From Klebsormidium nitens (taxonomy: Eukaryota; Plantae; Klebsormidiophyceae), in the NCBI GenBank assembly GCA_000708835.1, contig DF236961.1, positions 62,001 through 126,000 of the forward strand: a stretch of DNA of 64,000 bases, in the 5' to 3' direction. Under the pieces are notes generated by a model. That model ran no database searches. It was not told where the DNA came from and saw nothing but the letters and a program-made list of their open reading frames with translations. Position numbers and translations under genes: made by a program. Shown in pieces: positions 1 to 12,500 of this stretch (the stretch's first letter is position 1; each line of letters starts with the position of its first letter).

Positions 1-36
1 CCTGCTTGTTAGTGTTCAATAAAACTGCTTTCTCAA

Positions 37-260
37 TTACGGGTCACCTCTGACACTGTTTGAGCTTTCAGCCCAACGGCAGCTAGTAGGAGCTGGCGCA
101 GCACTGACGCAGAGACCGCTTGCGATTGCCTTAACTGCCTTCAATAATTCAACGTCGTTCCAGCTCGCAGACGCTTTTCGCAGGCGCTTTTCGTAGAGCT
201 CAGCTGAAAACGTCAGAAGGGACATGGAACGAGGATGCCTGTACGTTGACGCTAGCACCT
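37..260 (-). other. Possible internal exon of an unidentified gene running off the left edge
   Basis: An open frame (VLASTYRHPRSMSLLTFSAELYEKRLRKASASWNDVELLKAVKAIASGL...) follows the acceptor-like ttttctgatcag and ends near a possible donor (cagag|gtgacc). No family recognised. Confidence 0.2.
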
Positions 261-1285
261 GATCAGAAAAGGAAAGGGAATGGACCTTCGAAAAGGACCC
301 AAAAAGCATACACTTCAGTACAGCTCTAGCTTAGGTATCTTCGGATCATGAGCTACCGTACAATTAGGGCAGCGAAAGTCGATCTGCATGCATGCTGCCA
401 GTGCACCGATGCGGACTCGCCTGGACGCTCTGCATGTCGGCAGAGTGGCCGCCCCTCGATCAATGTCTCCACTCAATGATTGCTCGTCTGCAGATTGGGG
501 CTTTTGATGTGCTCGTCCGACATTCTCGCATGCAAACTTCAAAAGCCCCCGGGCCAATCATGATCAATTGAAGTGAGTCGATCGCGTCATGATCAGCGGG
601 CCGGCCGCGCCGGCGCTCGATCCGCGCCGCGTACGCGCGCTGCATGCGAGGCTCTCCCTAGGCTTAATTCGGCCGCGCTGATGTGTGTTGCGAACGGCCG
701 TGAAATGCAGATAACAAATTAGGAACGGCAGCTACGCGTAAATCAGTCACCGAGGCTAAACCTCCAAAACGGGGAGTAATGTGGATTCCAGCACCAAGTC
801 AAGCGTACATCCAGACATGAAAACATCTCCACACTGCTAGGCCATGGCAAATAGGGTTTAATCGATTGTTCGACTCATTTGTCGTTTGCAGCTATCGATC
901 AAACATGTGTGTATCTCGGTTGCACACAAAGTCAAGGCCGTGGACATGGATCTGGCCAGTCAGATTCATTGCACGTATGTGGCAGGGGGGCAAACAGAGC
1001 TAGGGTTGATGTATGGACGTGTGATCAATAAAAGGCGAGCCATCAATGCAGGTCTACCTGTGACAAGCATTCATGGATGATCCTGAGGCTGGCGCTTTCA
1101 CCATGTCAAAGCATGATAAATGGATCGACTCAAAGCAAGCACTGCCTAAAGTCGTTTGAGCTCGGTCAATCATACTCTGTGAGCAATGCAAACGATGTAC
1201 ACCCGCGCAACTTGCACACGCTTGCTTTGAGAAGCTCAGGTGACAGTTCGCATAAATTATGGTACAATCCGCTTTACTCTGATGC

Positions 1286-4200
1286 TCACCTTGTAAAGGT
1301 GACAACGACTGGGTTCCCATCCGCGGTCTTCTGCTGGTCGTAAGTCGGCTCTACCCATTTTGTACAGTTCAGCGCACGCGATACAAATACAAGCCCTGCT
1401 CCTCGGTCCCTCTCTGCAGGGTTTTTCCACTGCCCATATAACTCAACGCGAGCATCGCTTATGCCAGCAGACACGATCTCCATATACTGTGGGCTCAGCG
1501 GCGCTGAGTTGAAGTCCCCAGCCAGCACGATTGACACACGAGCCGACGAACTCGTGTCGCTAACATTGGTTACGGGCTGTTCCTGGCCCGATAACCTTTC
1601 GTCTGCCTTGCCTCCAGTTTGCAAGGCCTCCCGGATGTGCTCCGCAACTGCCCGAGCCTGTGCTGTTCGGTCTCGGTCGTCCTCGCCAAAGTGAGTGTTC
1701 ATGAGGTGTAGCGTTTGGGTCCCAACTTGAACCGTTGCATGCTGCAAGGGTGCCAACGGTAGGTTCAGGCCGAATTTCAAGCAAGTTTTCGCCAGAAGCG
1801 TTCAGCTCATCAACAACTGATTCTTGGATGGGTGAAGGATGAACGCAGTTTGCCGTGAAAGAGATCGCCCCTCCTATTCCCTCCGTCTGTGACAGACAAA
1901 GGCCAACCACAGGGTCAAGTCCCGGATAGAAGCTCGTTGACGACATCCATTTACTCGGCAACTGCATCTTTTCTGAGTCCCCTGATCTAAGAACCAAACG
2001 ACCAGAGTCTTGTACTGCTGCAGCGGATAAACCTAGTTTTGAGCCTTACTTGGAAGCAGGCCGCCTCTCCGTTCTCCGACGGTAGGACCTCCCACGTGGC
2101 CGATTTAAAGGGGAACCTGGAGAGCATAGCGCAGCCCCACGTGTTCTTGCGGGTTGGGGGAGTGGCCAACGCATACATGCGCAAGCCCAGAGACAAGTAG
2201 TCCACCTGCCAGAGGAGAAGAGGAGTTCAGCAAGGGGATCTGTGATGACAATGTTTTGGCAGCGCGCAGATCGACAGGGATTCTAAAAGCACTGGAAGCG
2301 AAATCCTCGCAAGGAGACATCGATCCAGTGAACAATAGGCTTCGTGACTACAGACTAGAGGTTTACATGCGCTGCACCCGTACCCAGGTGCAAACGTTCC
2401 TTTGACGTCGAGTAACCCCGGCCGTCACGAATACTATATGCCGGGCTTTCAGGTCACCTTTTGGAATTCTCAAGTACGACCCCAGAAGATCTGCACGGCC
2501 CCGCAAGTTGAGGACTCGTCAGTCATGACCGTCTCCGTTGATCGCTTATGGACGTTCATACATTGCAGGTGCAAGGAGGCCGTCGTCTCACCATATCGCG
2601 GTTGCCCTGGATGATGCGCATCGTGTCCGTCTCTTGCAACCTGGACAAGCAACCCGTCGTGAGCGACCAGTGTGATCACGACATGCCCATAACCAGCCGC
2701 CTTACCTTGGATAAACCCAGAAGGCAGGCCCCAGACTCCGCAAATCCTCGAAGAAGTCCACGGAATGAGGGAGTCCATACTCCCTGAATCCTCCCGCAAG
2801 ATGACTCTGCACATCTTAGCAGTGACGCCCCTCCTCAGGAACCACTCAGATTGTGCAAGTAAACTCTACCTCGCAGTCACCTCTGGTAATTGGCAGTCCG
2901 CTTCGCCATCCGTTCCATACAATTAGAAACCCTCTCGCTCTCATAACCCCAATTCCTCAAAAGAGAATTTAAGTCGGTCAAATGGATTCGGCTTTTTTTG
3001 GGGTCCGATTTGGACTGATTATCAGCCGAAGAATCGGCTTCATACTTTCTTATGAATTGGCAGACGACGGCGGACTCACATGACGAAGTGCGGCTTCTGG
3101 TCCCGGATAACGTTCTGGATGGCCCGGAAGTTGTTGCCCCCCGCCCGGTTGTAGCCCTGGTACACGTTGAAGCTGAGCACGCGCAGACTGTCCCCGGGCG
3201 CAGAATGGTACGTCACCGGGAGGGCCAAAAGCCGATGCACTATCGACGCCACCAGCAACAGCCCCACCAGAGCCGCGAGGGCGCCCACCGCCTGAAAGAG
3301 CGGGGTAAGGCAGCATATCATTGTTGCGCTCAGTAAGTGCGCTCCAAACAAACAACAATCGCTTTGGTGACTTTGAGGAGCGTGGAGGATGTATAGCGCG
3401 ACTTTTGTGGGAGTCTGCAAAGCCAGCACAAGCCCCACCAAAGCCGCAAGAGCACCAACGGCCTGAAGGTGAGGGAAGAGTCAACTCCGAGTAGCGTTGG
3501 GCTCGAGCAATGGGGCTTGGTAAGTGCTCTTTGGATCTTCACGAAAGGTGAAGAGTTGTGTTTTGCCCAACGTAATCGAATCGGAAGGGTGAGCAGACTT
3601 GGCGCTGGGCTCGAGAAACCCGCTTTGAAAAACCGGAGCAATTGAAGGGTGCTCCTCAACTCGCGCAAAGGCCAAGTTTCACCACGGTGTCGGCCAAGAT
3701 TTACAACGTCGGATGATAACGAACGACAATTAAAACCGACTTGGGCCAGCAGAAAACATGTCGAGCCTTTACCAGGCTACAATAATTGCTGCTGTCCTAC
3801 CGCTAAAAAAGGACACTGCTCGATCAACAAAGAAATTTATCTTAGACTAGAAGCGGAAGGGTTCAAAGCAGCACTCAGCCAAGAACTCCCTTCGCTGTTT
3901 ACTGTCATTCTCACCTTTCGGCCAGGGACCCCGCTCCCCCAGTTCGGCCGCCCCGCCTTCCACGCCCCCAGCATCGCTCCCAGCAGCCGCCGATCTTCCG
4001 TACTCAATGGGGGCCCCCTTCCCAAGCCCAAAGCGACCCCCCCCAACGACACGAGCATCAACGCGAGTGCAGTCCCTCTAACAACCAAGCCCCCTGGGAC
4101 GTTTCCATATGCGACCAGGAACGCGCTCCACAGCGCCAGGCAAATGTACACAACCGCCGAGAGCGCGATCCCCGGCCCAGGGTAAACGTTCACGGTGTTC

Positions 4201-7200
4201 CGGGAGAGCGTCACCCACAGACTCGGGGCCGCTAGTGCCAAAAGCACCGCCCCCAGAATCGCCCCTGGGGCTCCTAGAAGCAACATAACCAGACAGCCTA
4301 CCGCCGCGACCGATCCGGCCCCAAACCCGTGCAGCTGTTTCGAGACTTTGGCACCTTCCGCTGCAAGTGCGATTCCGGCGGTAAGTGCCAGAGGGGAGAG
4401 GAGGCCCCACCAAGGGGTGACGCCCGCCCAGCGGGCGGGGAGGGTGGGGGCGGTGAGCAGCCAGTGGGTGAGGAAGAGGAGACAGCCCAAGCTGAGGCCC
4501 ATCTGGAGAGTGCGTAATGTGCCTGAAGAGGAGAGGAACGGTCAGCAAGGGCCGCGGAGCAAGGACGCCGGGGCGGGTGGATGACGAATGGAGCAATAAA
4601 TCCTGCGCCTGAGTACAGCACAATTGTAGGCGCGGTAAAGGACTTAGCCGTTATTCAAAGTTCCCCTCCGAGACCTGCGGACTGTTCGACTGGAGGCCAT
4701 TTCAGGCTGCCTTGAAATCAATGCTGAAAGAAATGTTTCGGACAACAAGAACGGCCCGTCACTAGCTGACAAGGCGTTCTCATTGTACGAACATCATCAA
4801 GTCCCCTCAGTATCTCTGTATATCTCTGTAGACCTTAACCCCAGCAGTCCTTATCCAAAAAACGATCGACGTTCCAACCCAGTCAGAACTGCCCGCTCAC
4901 CTGATTTGGTCCACCTGCGCCCCCGTTCCCGGAACACCTCAAACTCGGCGTCCTGGTCCGAGAACGGCGTCTCCTCCCGCCCGTGCGGCCACGGCACCTC
5001 CTCCCCCTCCCCGAACCGCCGCCCGAGGTCAATCACCTTCTTCGGCAAAAACTGCCACGTCTCGTTCGCGTCGGCCCCGTCTCTCCCAAGCATCGGCTCC
5101 GCTTCCCGCTCACCGTCAACGCTCTCGCCTTGGCTATCCCCCGACAGACCGGATTCTAAATCCACGTGGTGGGGGTTTCGTGCGTGAAGCCCCGCCGCGC
5201 CGTCCGGCCCCTCTCTCTCGTTTCCCGCCGCGTGCGGGGCGCCCTGATGGGCTCGCCCTTTCTGCCTACTACCAACTCCGTGCAGCTTCGCAGAACCCTT
5301 TTCCTTCGCGTCGGGACTGCGCAGCGGCTCTTCTACGGTACATAGCTCGATCTCCTGTCCTGCTTTCGCACCGGGACGGCTCGCCTCTCCCGCTCGCTTG
5401 CTCAGGATCAGCTTCGACGCTTTTGCGCCGGTACTCTGTTTCGCCGCCGCCTCTGGTTCTACTGGCACTATCTCTATTTCTACCTGGTTGCAACTCCTAC
5501 CATGTCCGTCCTGTGCCGCACCGAAATCTTTCCCCAGCAGCGGCGCACTAGCGGGCCGTTTCGGCCCTGCCTGCTCCCCCTGCCCGTCAAGCAACTCCGC
5601 ACTCGCCCCCCCGGTCTCGTCCAATCTTGGCACCCCCCCGGAATGCCCATTCCGGTCAACACCAGCTGTTTCCAAACTGAGCAACCGGACCGGGGGGCTT
5701 CGGACGCTGAGCAACCGCATGCGCTCCCTCGGAAGCAGGGGGTTGTCAGAGCCGCTCCGGTTGAGGTTGGCCACCCCCCTGCTCTGTAGGCGTGCCTGGA
5801 GAAGCGACGCCGCGTCCGCCTCTGAGTCGTCCCAGTCGTCGTTGCTCAAGACGTCGTCCATCGCGATGTCAGAAAAGACTTCGACGCCTGGAGTGGTAAC
5901 AAGCAGCAAGTGAGTTCGCTGAATTGTCGCTTTCAAAATCTGAAGGTGGGTTTGTGCCATACCACAGCAAATAGAGGGATTGCGGACTCTGTTTCAAGAG
6001 GTCTTGAACACAAGACTGACAAGAACCTTTGCAACACCCCCACCGCTCCTGTTGTCTGTCAGGCTCCAACTCGGAAATTTGATTGGGTCCTGCCTTCGTC
6101 TGTGCTTCCAACTAAGAGGAATCTCCGAACTCCTCCTCAACCATACTCTTTTAGGCAGAAGGCAGGCACCCTGGCCGATGCTTCAATTCTGAGTCGATGT
6201 TTACGAGGGATTCCAATGAGACACCATCCCAGAGTCTTGACGTCCTCAGGAGACGCAAGAAACGCAAACAATCATCAACCTGTGAATCACCCCTGATGTA
6301 TCCAGCCAGATCCTTAAATGCAGGAACTACGCACTGGCTGCCCTTCAGCTGATCTGACTTGCCGCTGTTCGCTGAGATTACTCGAGTCAAATCCAAACAG
6401 GTAGATAGCCGCGTTCGAGACAGGCCCCTTAGAAATCGGCAGAAGTCCCAAGGGGTTGTTAACACCCCTTTCAAAGCTTCTGGACTGTCCGATCGCTCTT
6501 CGTAGGCCTTGACAGTGGGGTTTGATTGCTCAATTCAGCCGAACGTAAACACCGCAGATTGCCTTTCTGAGTGGAATCTCAGCGATGCCGAAGTTCCACC
6601 TCGCGCGTGCTCTGCCACTCTGAAAATCTGGCAACCTGCCTGCAAAGGACTTTTAGAAAATCAAACTCATGCAAACACTGCGCTGCTTGCCTGCCTCCCC
6701 ATGTTCCTCGTCCAGCCTGTTCGCCCCCCCTTCCCGCGCCGCCCAGCCAACAGCGTCCTCATACAGCACCACCATCACGACCAGTACCCCTGGGAGCGCC
6801 GCCACCAGCAAGAACGTCCATAGAGAAGCTGCGGCGGGGTTACGTCCGCCGTAAGCATAAGTGAGTGCCTGGAGTAGCAGGGCGCCACCTGGAAAAGAGG
6901 AGGGACTCGGTTCGTGTGACGTGTGTCCAGGTTTGTGCTTTGACCCTAGGACAGGAGGAAAAGAAAAGGAGGTGAGGAAAGGCGGCTGTGTCTGCAGGCA
7001 AAGATTTACCTTCTACTCCCCGCTTTGTCTACATTCTTTGAAGAGGATGCTGTTGCTAGCCAGACGACAACCCTGGAGTTGGTAGAGTTGGTAGACACGA
7101 CCTGCATGTCTGATTTAAGCGCATACTCGCTAGCACTGAGGACATCTGCTTGTTGTAATATCCTGCCCAATCATTGACCTCACATACGGTGTCCCTGAGT

Positions 7201-8159
7201 CAGCGACCTTGCGTTCACTAAGTAAACCAAGATAATGGCAGCCACTTCATCACTACACACATATATAGCCAATCTAGTCATGCCCGCTTCTCACCTGCCA
7301 CCCCAAACCCTGTGCGCCTGCGCCGGGCCGCTGTCCCCGCCCAGATGCCATCAAACACGAGCGTACCCATGACCCCCACCGCGCTTCCCGCCAATGTCAG
7401 CCGATACAACGAACTGTCCCCCAGCTGACCTGCCATCCCCATCAGACCCCCAACCACAAGCAACGCCCTCGTCCAAGGGTACGCTGCCAGTGCGTTTCGG
7501 ACGGGAGCCAAGCCGAGCGCCAAAGCGGGGGTCAGGAGGTAGAGCAGGTAAAGAAGAGTGGAGTGCAGCCCCCCTGCCTGGAGCTGGTACCAGTAAACGT
7601 CTCCCCAGAACTGCACGAGCAGGCTCCAGAATAGGAACGACAGGAACGCCTCGGGGACGAGCTGCATGAGCGGCCGGATGAGGGGGTGCGCGTGCCACGT
7701 CTGGTTCTCCTTCAGGGGGTGAGAGTGCTGCCGTTTCAGCCGGGGGCGCACCAGCCCCGTGGTAGAGTCCCACGACAGGCGGCGCCCCCCCCGAGAACTG
7801 CCCTTGGGGGAGCCCTTTATTGAGCCTGAGCTGCCAGGGCTGCCGATGGAACCTATAGACGTCCCAGTTGGCGCAGCGCGTGTGCTTCCCAGGCCGATGA
7901 TATGCGGGAGGTGGTCAGGGTTTGGCGGGGGAGGGGCGACTTTGGGGCTGCTGACTGCATTTGCTCGGTGGTACAGGAGGCCATTGGCAGGGCCGCGCTC
8001 GCGCTTCTTGGGGGGTAGAGTCCGCACCGGTGTGAGTTTCTTGTAGTTGGGGGGGTAGCCGCGGTCAGGCGGACTGGGAGGGGCAGGCTCCTCTTCAAGG
8101 TCAGAGTCGTCGTCAGAGTCGTTGACGAAGCGACTGTAGCGGAGCGTGGATGTCGGCAT
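1286..8159 (-). CDS. CWH43: PGAP2-interacting protein / CWH43 C-terminal-like membrane protein with an exonuclease-endonuclease-phosphatase (EEP) domain, involved in GPI-anchor lipid remodelling; about 1176 aa
   Basis: Exons 8159-7295, 6888-6691, 5887-4901, 4522-3915, 3291(or 3462)-3080, 2640-2592, 2205-2050 and 1741-1286, all with compatible phases. Motifs: EAFLSFLFWSLL, many TM helices, LRVLSFNVYQGY, LQETDTMRIIQGNRDMVDYL, KNTWGCAMLSRFP, MNTHFGEDDRDR and LAGDFNS, typical of the CWH43/PGAP2IP family. No N-terminal Frag1 domain is seen. Confidence 0.85.
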
Positions 8160-9080
8160 CGTGCTTGGGCCTTGGAGCCTGCCTAGACACTTCGCCTTTC
8201 ACCCTGAACCCCCAGCATCTGTCCGGCAATCTGCACGTCAATAACTGACATCCAGGAAGGAAGACAGCCCGTCGTTGACCGTTCCACTGTGTAAGAAGAC
8301 TCCGAGCAGCCTGCAAGCGCACAATAAGCCACATAAAACGTAAGTTCATCCTTCATTACATCGCAGCAAATAAAAGATAGATTGAACTGCAAGTAAGCAA
8401 GACACATGTGCTGCTCCTTGCAAGTGATCAAAGCAAGCACTTCACTATCTGAGCTGACCAGAAAACATGGTTACTAGACCTGTATGGAGCAAACAGGGAT
8501 TACTTTCCAGTCTCCATGAATCACTGGATTATCCAGCATTTCACTCGTTCAGATGTTAGTATTGTTACGTTGTCACAGATTGCCTTCAGTTCCACAAAGT
8601 AGTTGCACCAACGGAAATGCAAGTCACGCCAGCCGCCTGACGCAATGGCATACAATCTGCAGCATAAGTAGCCCACCTCAAATGCACAGGAACCACATAG
8701 TTCTGCATCCTTCTTGGGTCTATACCCCGCACATTGGAGACCGTCTCAGCAATTACGCAAATCAGCGCGCTGCCCCCTGGAATCATGTGCGATGCTGAAA
8801 TCAATCTCCCGCTAATCCAACCTCTGATTGCATGAAGCATCGCCCGCTATTGACATCGCAAAGGCTCGCCGCTCACTTCCTCGCCATTCCTGCCACCATT
8901 CTGAATACAGAGTTCTGGTCTCCTAAAATTCTGGAGAGCGAAATGGAATGGAGCCGATCGGTGACAGACCAATCCGAATCGTGTATTAGTTAACAGCTTG
9001 GCTAAGTATACCAGGATGCATAACCCAGCACAGAAAATCCGGAAGAGGCATAAAGAGCTGATCTTCAATTACAGGCACCG

Positions 9081-9088
9081 CTATAAAA
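9081..9088 (+). promoter_or_regulatory. TATA-like element upstream of TPS
   Basis: ctataaaa about 500 nt upstream of the TPS ATG; supported by position only. Confidence 0.3.
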
Positions 9089-9509
9089 TTCGACATCGGT
9101 TTAGAAAGGTACCTTCACTGCAAAACCATCTACCGTAGTCTGGTGATTGAAACAGGTACCGTAAACGGGTGGTAAACCACTCACGGTACACCGCAGCGTG
9201 CACTGTGCACAAGAAGAAGGAAGAAGGACGCCTCGGTGGAGGAGTGCTGTTGAGCAGGTTTTCGAGGCCAACACAGCTTGCCATTTTGGAACGCTAGGCC
9301 GGTCCTATAAGTCCTACCTTGCGTATCTCTTTGCTGTCTGCATAGTTGTTGACCAGGTTAGTTGTTTTGTGCTGATTTGAGATAAGCGCCACGCCGTTGA
9401 GAAGTTGACAGGAAAAGCATCTGGAGGACTTTCCTCCAAAAACTGTTTGGCAGCCATCGCCAGACCCGTTCTTTGAAGAATCCGGAATCCAGCCCTAGCA
9501 AACACAAGT

Positions 9510-9572
9510 ATGCGGAGAGGGGCCGGCTGGTTTGAGCTGAGCAAAGCGTACGGAGCCAGGTGGACATATTAG
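9510..9572 (+). other. Upstream ORF (20 aa, MRRGAGWFELSKAYGARWTY) in frame with the TPS ATG and ending 6 nt before it
   Basis: ATG at 9510, TAG at 9570-9572, then gccagc, then the main ATG at 9579. I saw no other ATG between the TATA-like site (9081) and the start codon. Confidence 0.5.
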
Positions 9573-9578
9573 GCCAGC

Positions 9579-12500
9579 ATGTTGTCCCGTAGCCATGCCA
9601 ACCTGCTCGACCTTTTGGGAGACAAGGCTCCTATCACGCGGCCCAAACCGAAGCGGGCCAACACAATTGCAAACTTGACCCTCGAGGGGGCCGTCGAGGA
9701 AGGCTTGTCAAGCGTCACATCAGACGCTCCCTCTTCCATTAACCAGGATAGGCTCATCCTGGTTTCTAATCACTTGCCGGTGAATGCTGCTAGAAGAGAG
9801 GATGACCGGGGCTGGACGTTCACGCGGGATGAGGATGCGCTGCAACTCCAGATGAAAGATGGTCTTGCAAACTTCAATGCAGACCTGGAGGTGCTGCACG
9901 TGGGGTGCCTCAAGGTGGAGGTGGACCCCATGGAGCAAGACGAGGTGCGGCGCCTTGACCCCTCTGTCTGTTGCTTTTGTGAATGATGGGAAGCGGTTGT
10001 AGAAACGTCCGGAGCTGCATTCTGCTGGCATTGGAACTTGTTGCAATGCTAGTGCACCAGAAAAACTGCAGTAGAAAGTGATTGAGCACTTTTCACACAA
10101 ACTTATCAAGGCCAGGCCTTTTCATGAGTCCTATCAGAGTGCAAAATGCCACCACCGGTTTTTGTCGCAGCGACTGCTGTGGCAGAGCGAAGTTACAGAC
10201 TATGCTTGCAGCCTAGACTGGCTTCTCCCCAGTGTGCCTCATTCTGGGTTACGTTATCCACAGACGATCATGCTGGCCGGTGATGGCACCTGGAATCACT
10301 AAGTCACAAAGTTGGTTGCGACGGTCTGGCTGGAGTTTGCATAGCGGTCCCGTCAATCAATCAACAGATAGTGCCAAGCAGCTGACTAAGCAACGAGCTT
10401 CAGATGGAGAAACTTTTTGCCTCCTTGTCCTTCAGATCCAGCTATTCTCACTGTCCGGACCCTTGCGTTTGCAATGACCATGTCCATCATTTCTTGATTG
10501 GCTGCTCGGGATCATAAAAGCTAGAATGGTTCTTGTGTCTGATTTGACATACCCCCAATGCATCGTACTGCAGATGGGGCGGCCCCTTGGATCCTTAAAC
10601 ACTTCCGCACACACTTTAACTCGGAGCTTGCATCTGCCCTCACTCTTCCTTCCCCGCTCCTCTGCCCCCAGGTGTCAGCCTTCCTGCTGGAGAAGTTCAA
10701 CTTTGTCCCCGTGTTCCTATCCGAAGACATCCGCAACCGCTTCTACCTCGGGTTCTGCAAGCAGTACCTGTGGCCGCTCTTCCACTACATGCTGCCGCTC
10801 TCGTCTGAGCATGGCACGCGCTTTGACCGCGGCCTCTGGCAGGCGTACGTCCACGCCAACCGCTACTTTGCGGATAAGGTCATGGAGGTGATCTCCCCCG
10901 AGGACGACTTTGTCTGGATCCACGACTACCATCTCATGGTGCTCCCCACCTTCCTCAGGTCAGCCCCAACCTGCGACCATTGACTCCAGTCTTGCTGAGT
11001 ATTTTTGATTGAAAATGATCTCTTTAGGTTGGAACTTTCGTCACGGCGTGTCGTTGGCTGAGATTGAGGTTCTAAAGCGATCACAGCGGTCAGACAGGCC
11101 GCAATTGATGGCCCGAGTTGCATCTGCCGTGGTTCCTGAGGACGCAATGTCAACCTCGACCAGGGATGAAGAAAGCATGGTTACAAGAACATGACAATCT
11201 TGTTTGTCCTTTTTCAGCAAATCGCATCGTCACAGCTTTGCTTTACTTCCTGCTGAGGAGATAGGAACTCCAGTTGTCCATCGAGTCAAGTGCACTCGGA
11301 CCGGCCAGTCATTTCACCTCCCTCAGCTTTGCGGAATTGCCCGTTGCCCTTTCAAGTCGCTTTGCCCTGAAATCGTGGGTCCTCTTCTCAGTTGAGCAGG
11401 ACATGCGGATCTTTTGCATACACTCGATTGTCTGTGTCGTGCCATCTTACACCTGTCGGTATTGGGTTCTTTCTTCAAAGCTTTCGCAGAGACACCTTCC
11501 GCGGGAAGCTCCCCCCTGCTAAGGATGACCGCTACTTGCGTCGTTGACCCTCCCCTTCGGCTGTCGCCCCCAGGAAGCGCTTCCCCAAGGTGCGCATGGG
11601 CTTCTTCCTGCACAGCCCCTTCCCGTCAAGCGAGATCTACCGCACGCTGCCCGTGCGCGACGAGATCCTGCGCGCGTTCCTCAACGCTGACCTCATCGGC
11701 TTCCACACCTTCGATTACGCGCGCCACTTCCTCTCCTGTTGCACACGCATCCTCGGCCTCGAGTACGAGTCCAAGCGCGGCTACATCGGGCTCGAGTACT
11801 ACGGCCGCACCGTCGGGATCAAAATCATGCCGGTCGGGGTGCACTTGGGGCAGCTCTCGCGGGGTTTGCAGCTGAACGATACCGAGTGGCGGATCGGGGA
11901 GTTGGTGAGCCAATACGAGGGGAAGACGGTGCTGTTGGGGGTGGACGATATGGACATCTTCAAGGGGATCGGGCTCAAAATGCTGGCAATGGAGAGCTTC
12001 CTCTCGCAGCACGCCAAGTGGCGCGGCAAGGCGGTGCTCATCCAGATCGCGAACCCTGCCCGCGCGACGGGGCGCGACATCGACGAGGTCAAGGAGGAGG
12101 TGTACTCGCTGGTGGAGCGGATCAACACCAAGTTTGGGTTCGAGGGCTACCAGCCCATCGTGTTGCTCGAGCGGCGCGTCCCGCTCTACGAGCGCCTCGC
12201 GTTCTACACGATTGCGCAGTGCTGCGTCGTGACGGCCGTGCGCGACGGGATGAACCTCACCCCGTACGAGTACGTCGTCGTGCGCGAGCGCGCCGAGGCG
12301 CGCGGCGTCGGGAGCGCCGCGATCGTCGAGACGAAGAAGCGGAGCATGCTGGTCGTCAGCGAGTTCATCGGCTGCTCCCCGAGCCTTTCCGGCGCGATCC
12401 GGGTGAACCCGTGGAACGTGGAAGCCGTCGGGGAGGCGATGAACGTCGCGCTGTCGATGGCGGTCGTCGAGCAGCAAATGCGGCACGAGAAGCACTATGC

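Noticed and set aside
2706-2783. 78-nt symmetric phase-2 candidate cassette exon in the PGAP2IP-like gene
   Set aside because: The acceptor is weak, it would leave a ~65-nt intron, and it would split the conserved FVMLQETD motif.
5180-5913. Plus-strand ORFs of 123-171 aa opposite PGAP2IP exon 3
   Set aside because: Antisense to a GC-rich coding exon, with no recognisable features.
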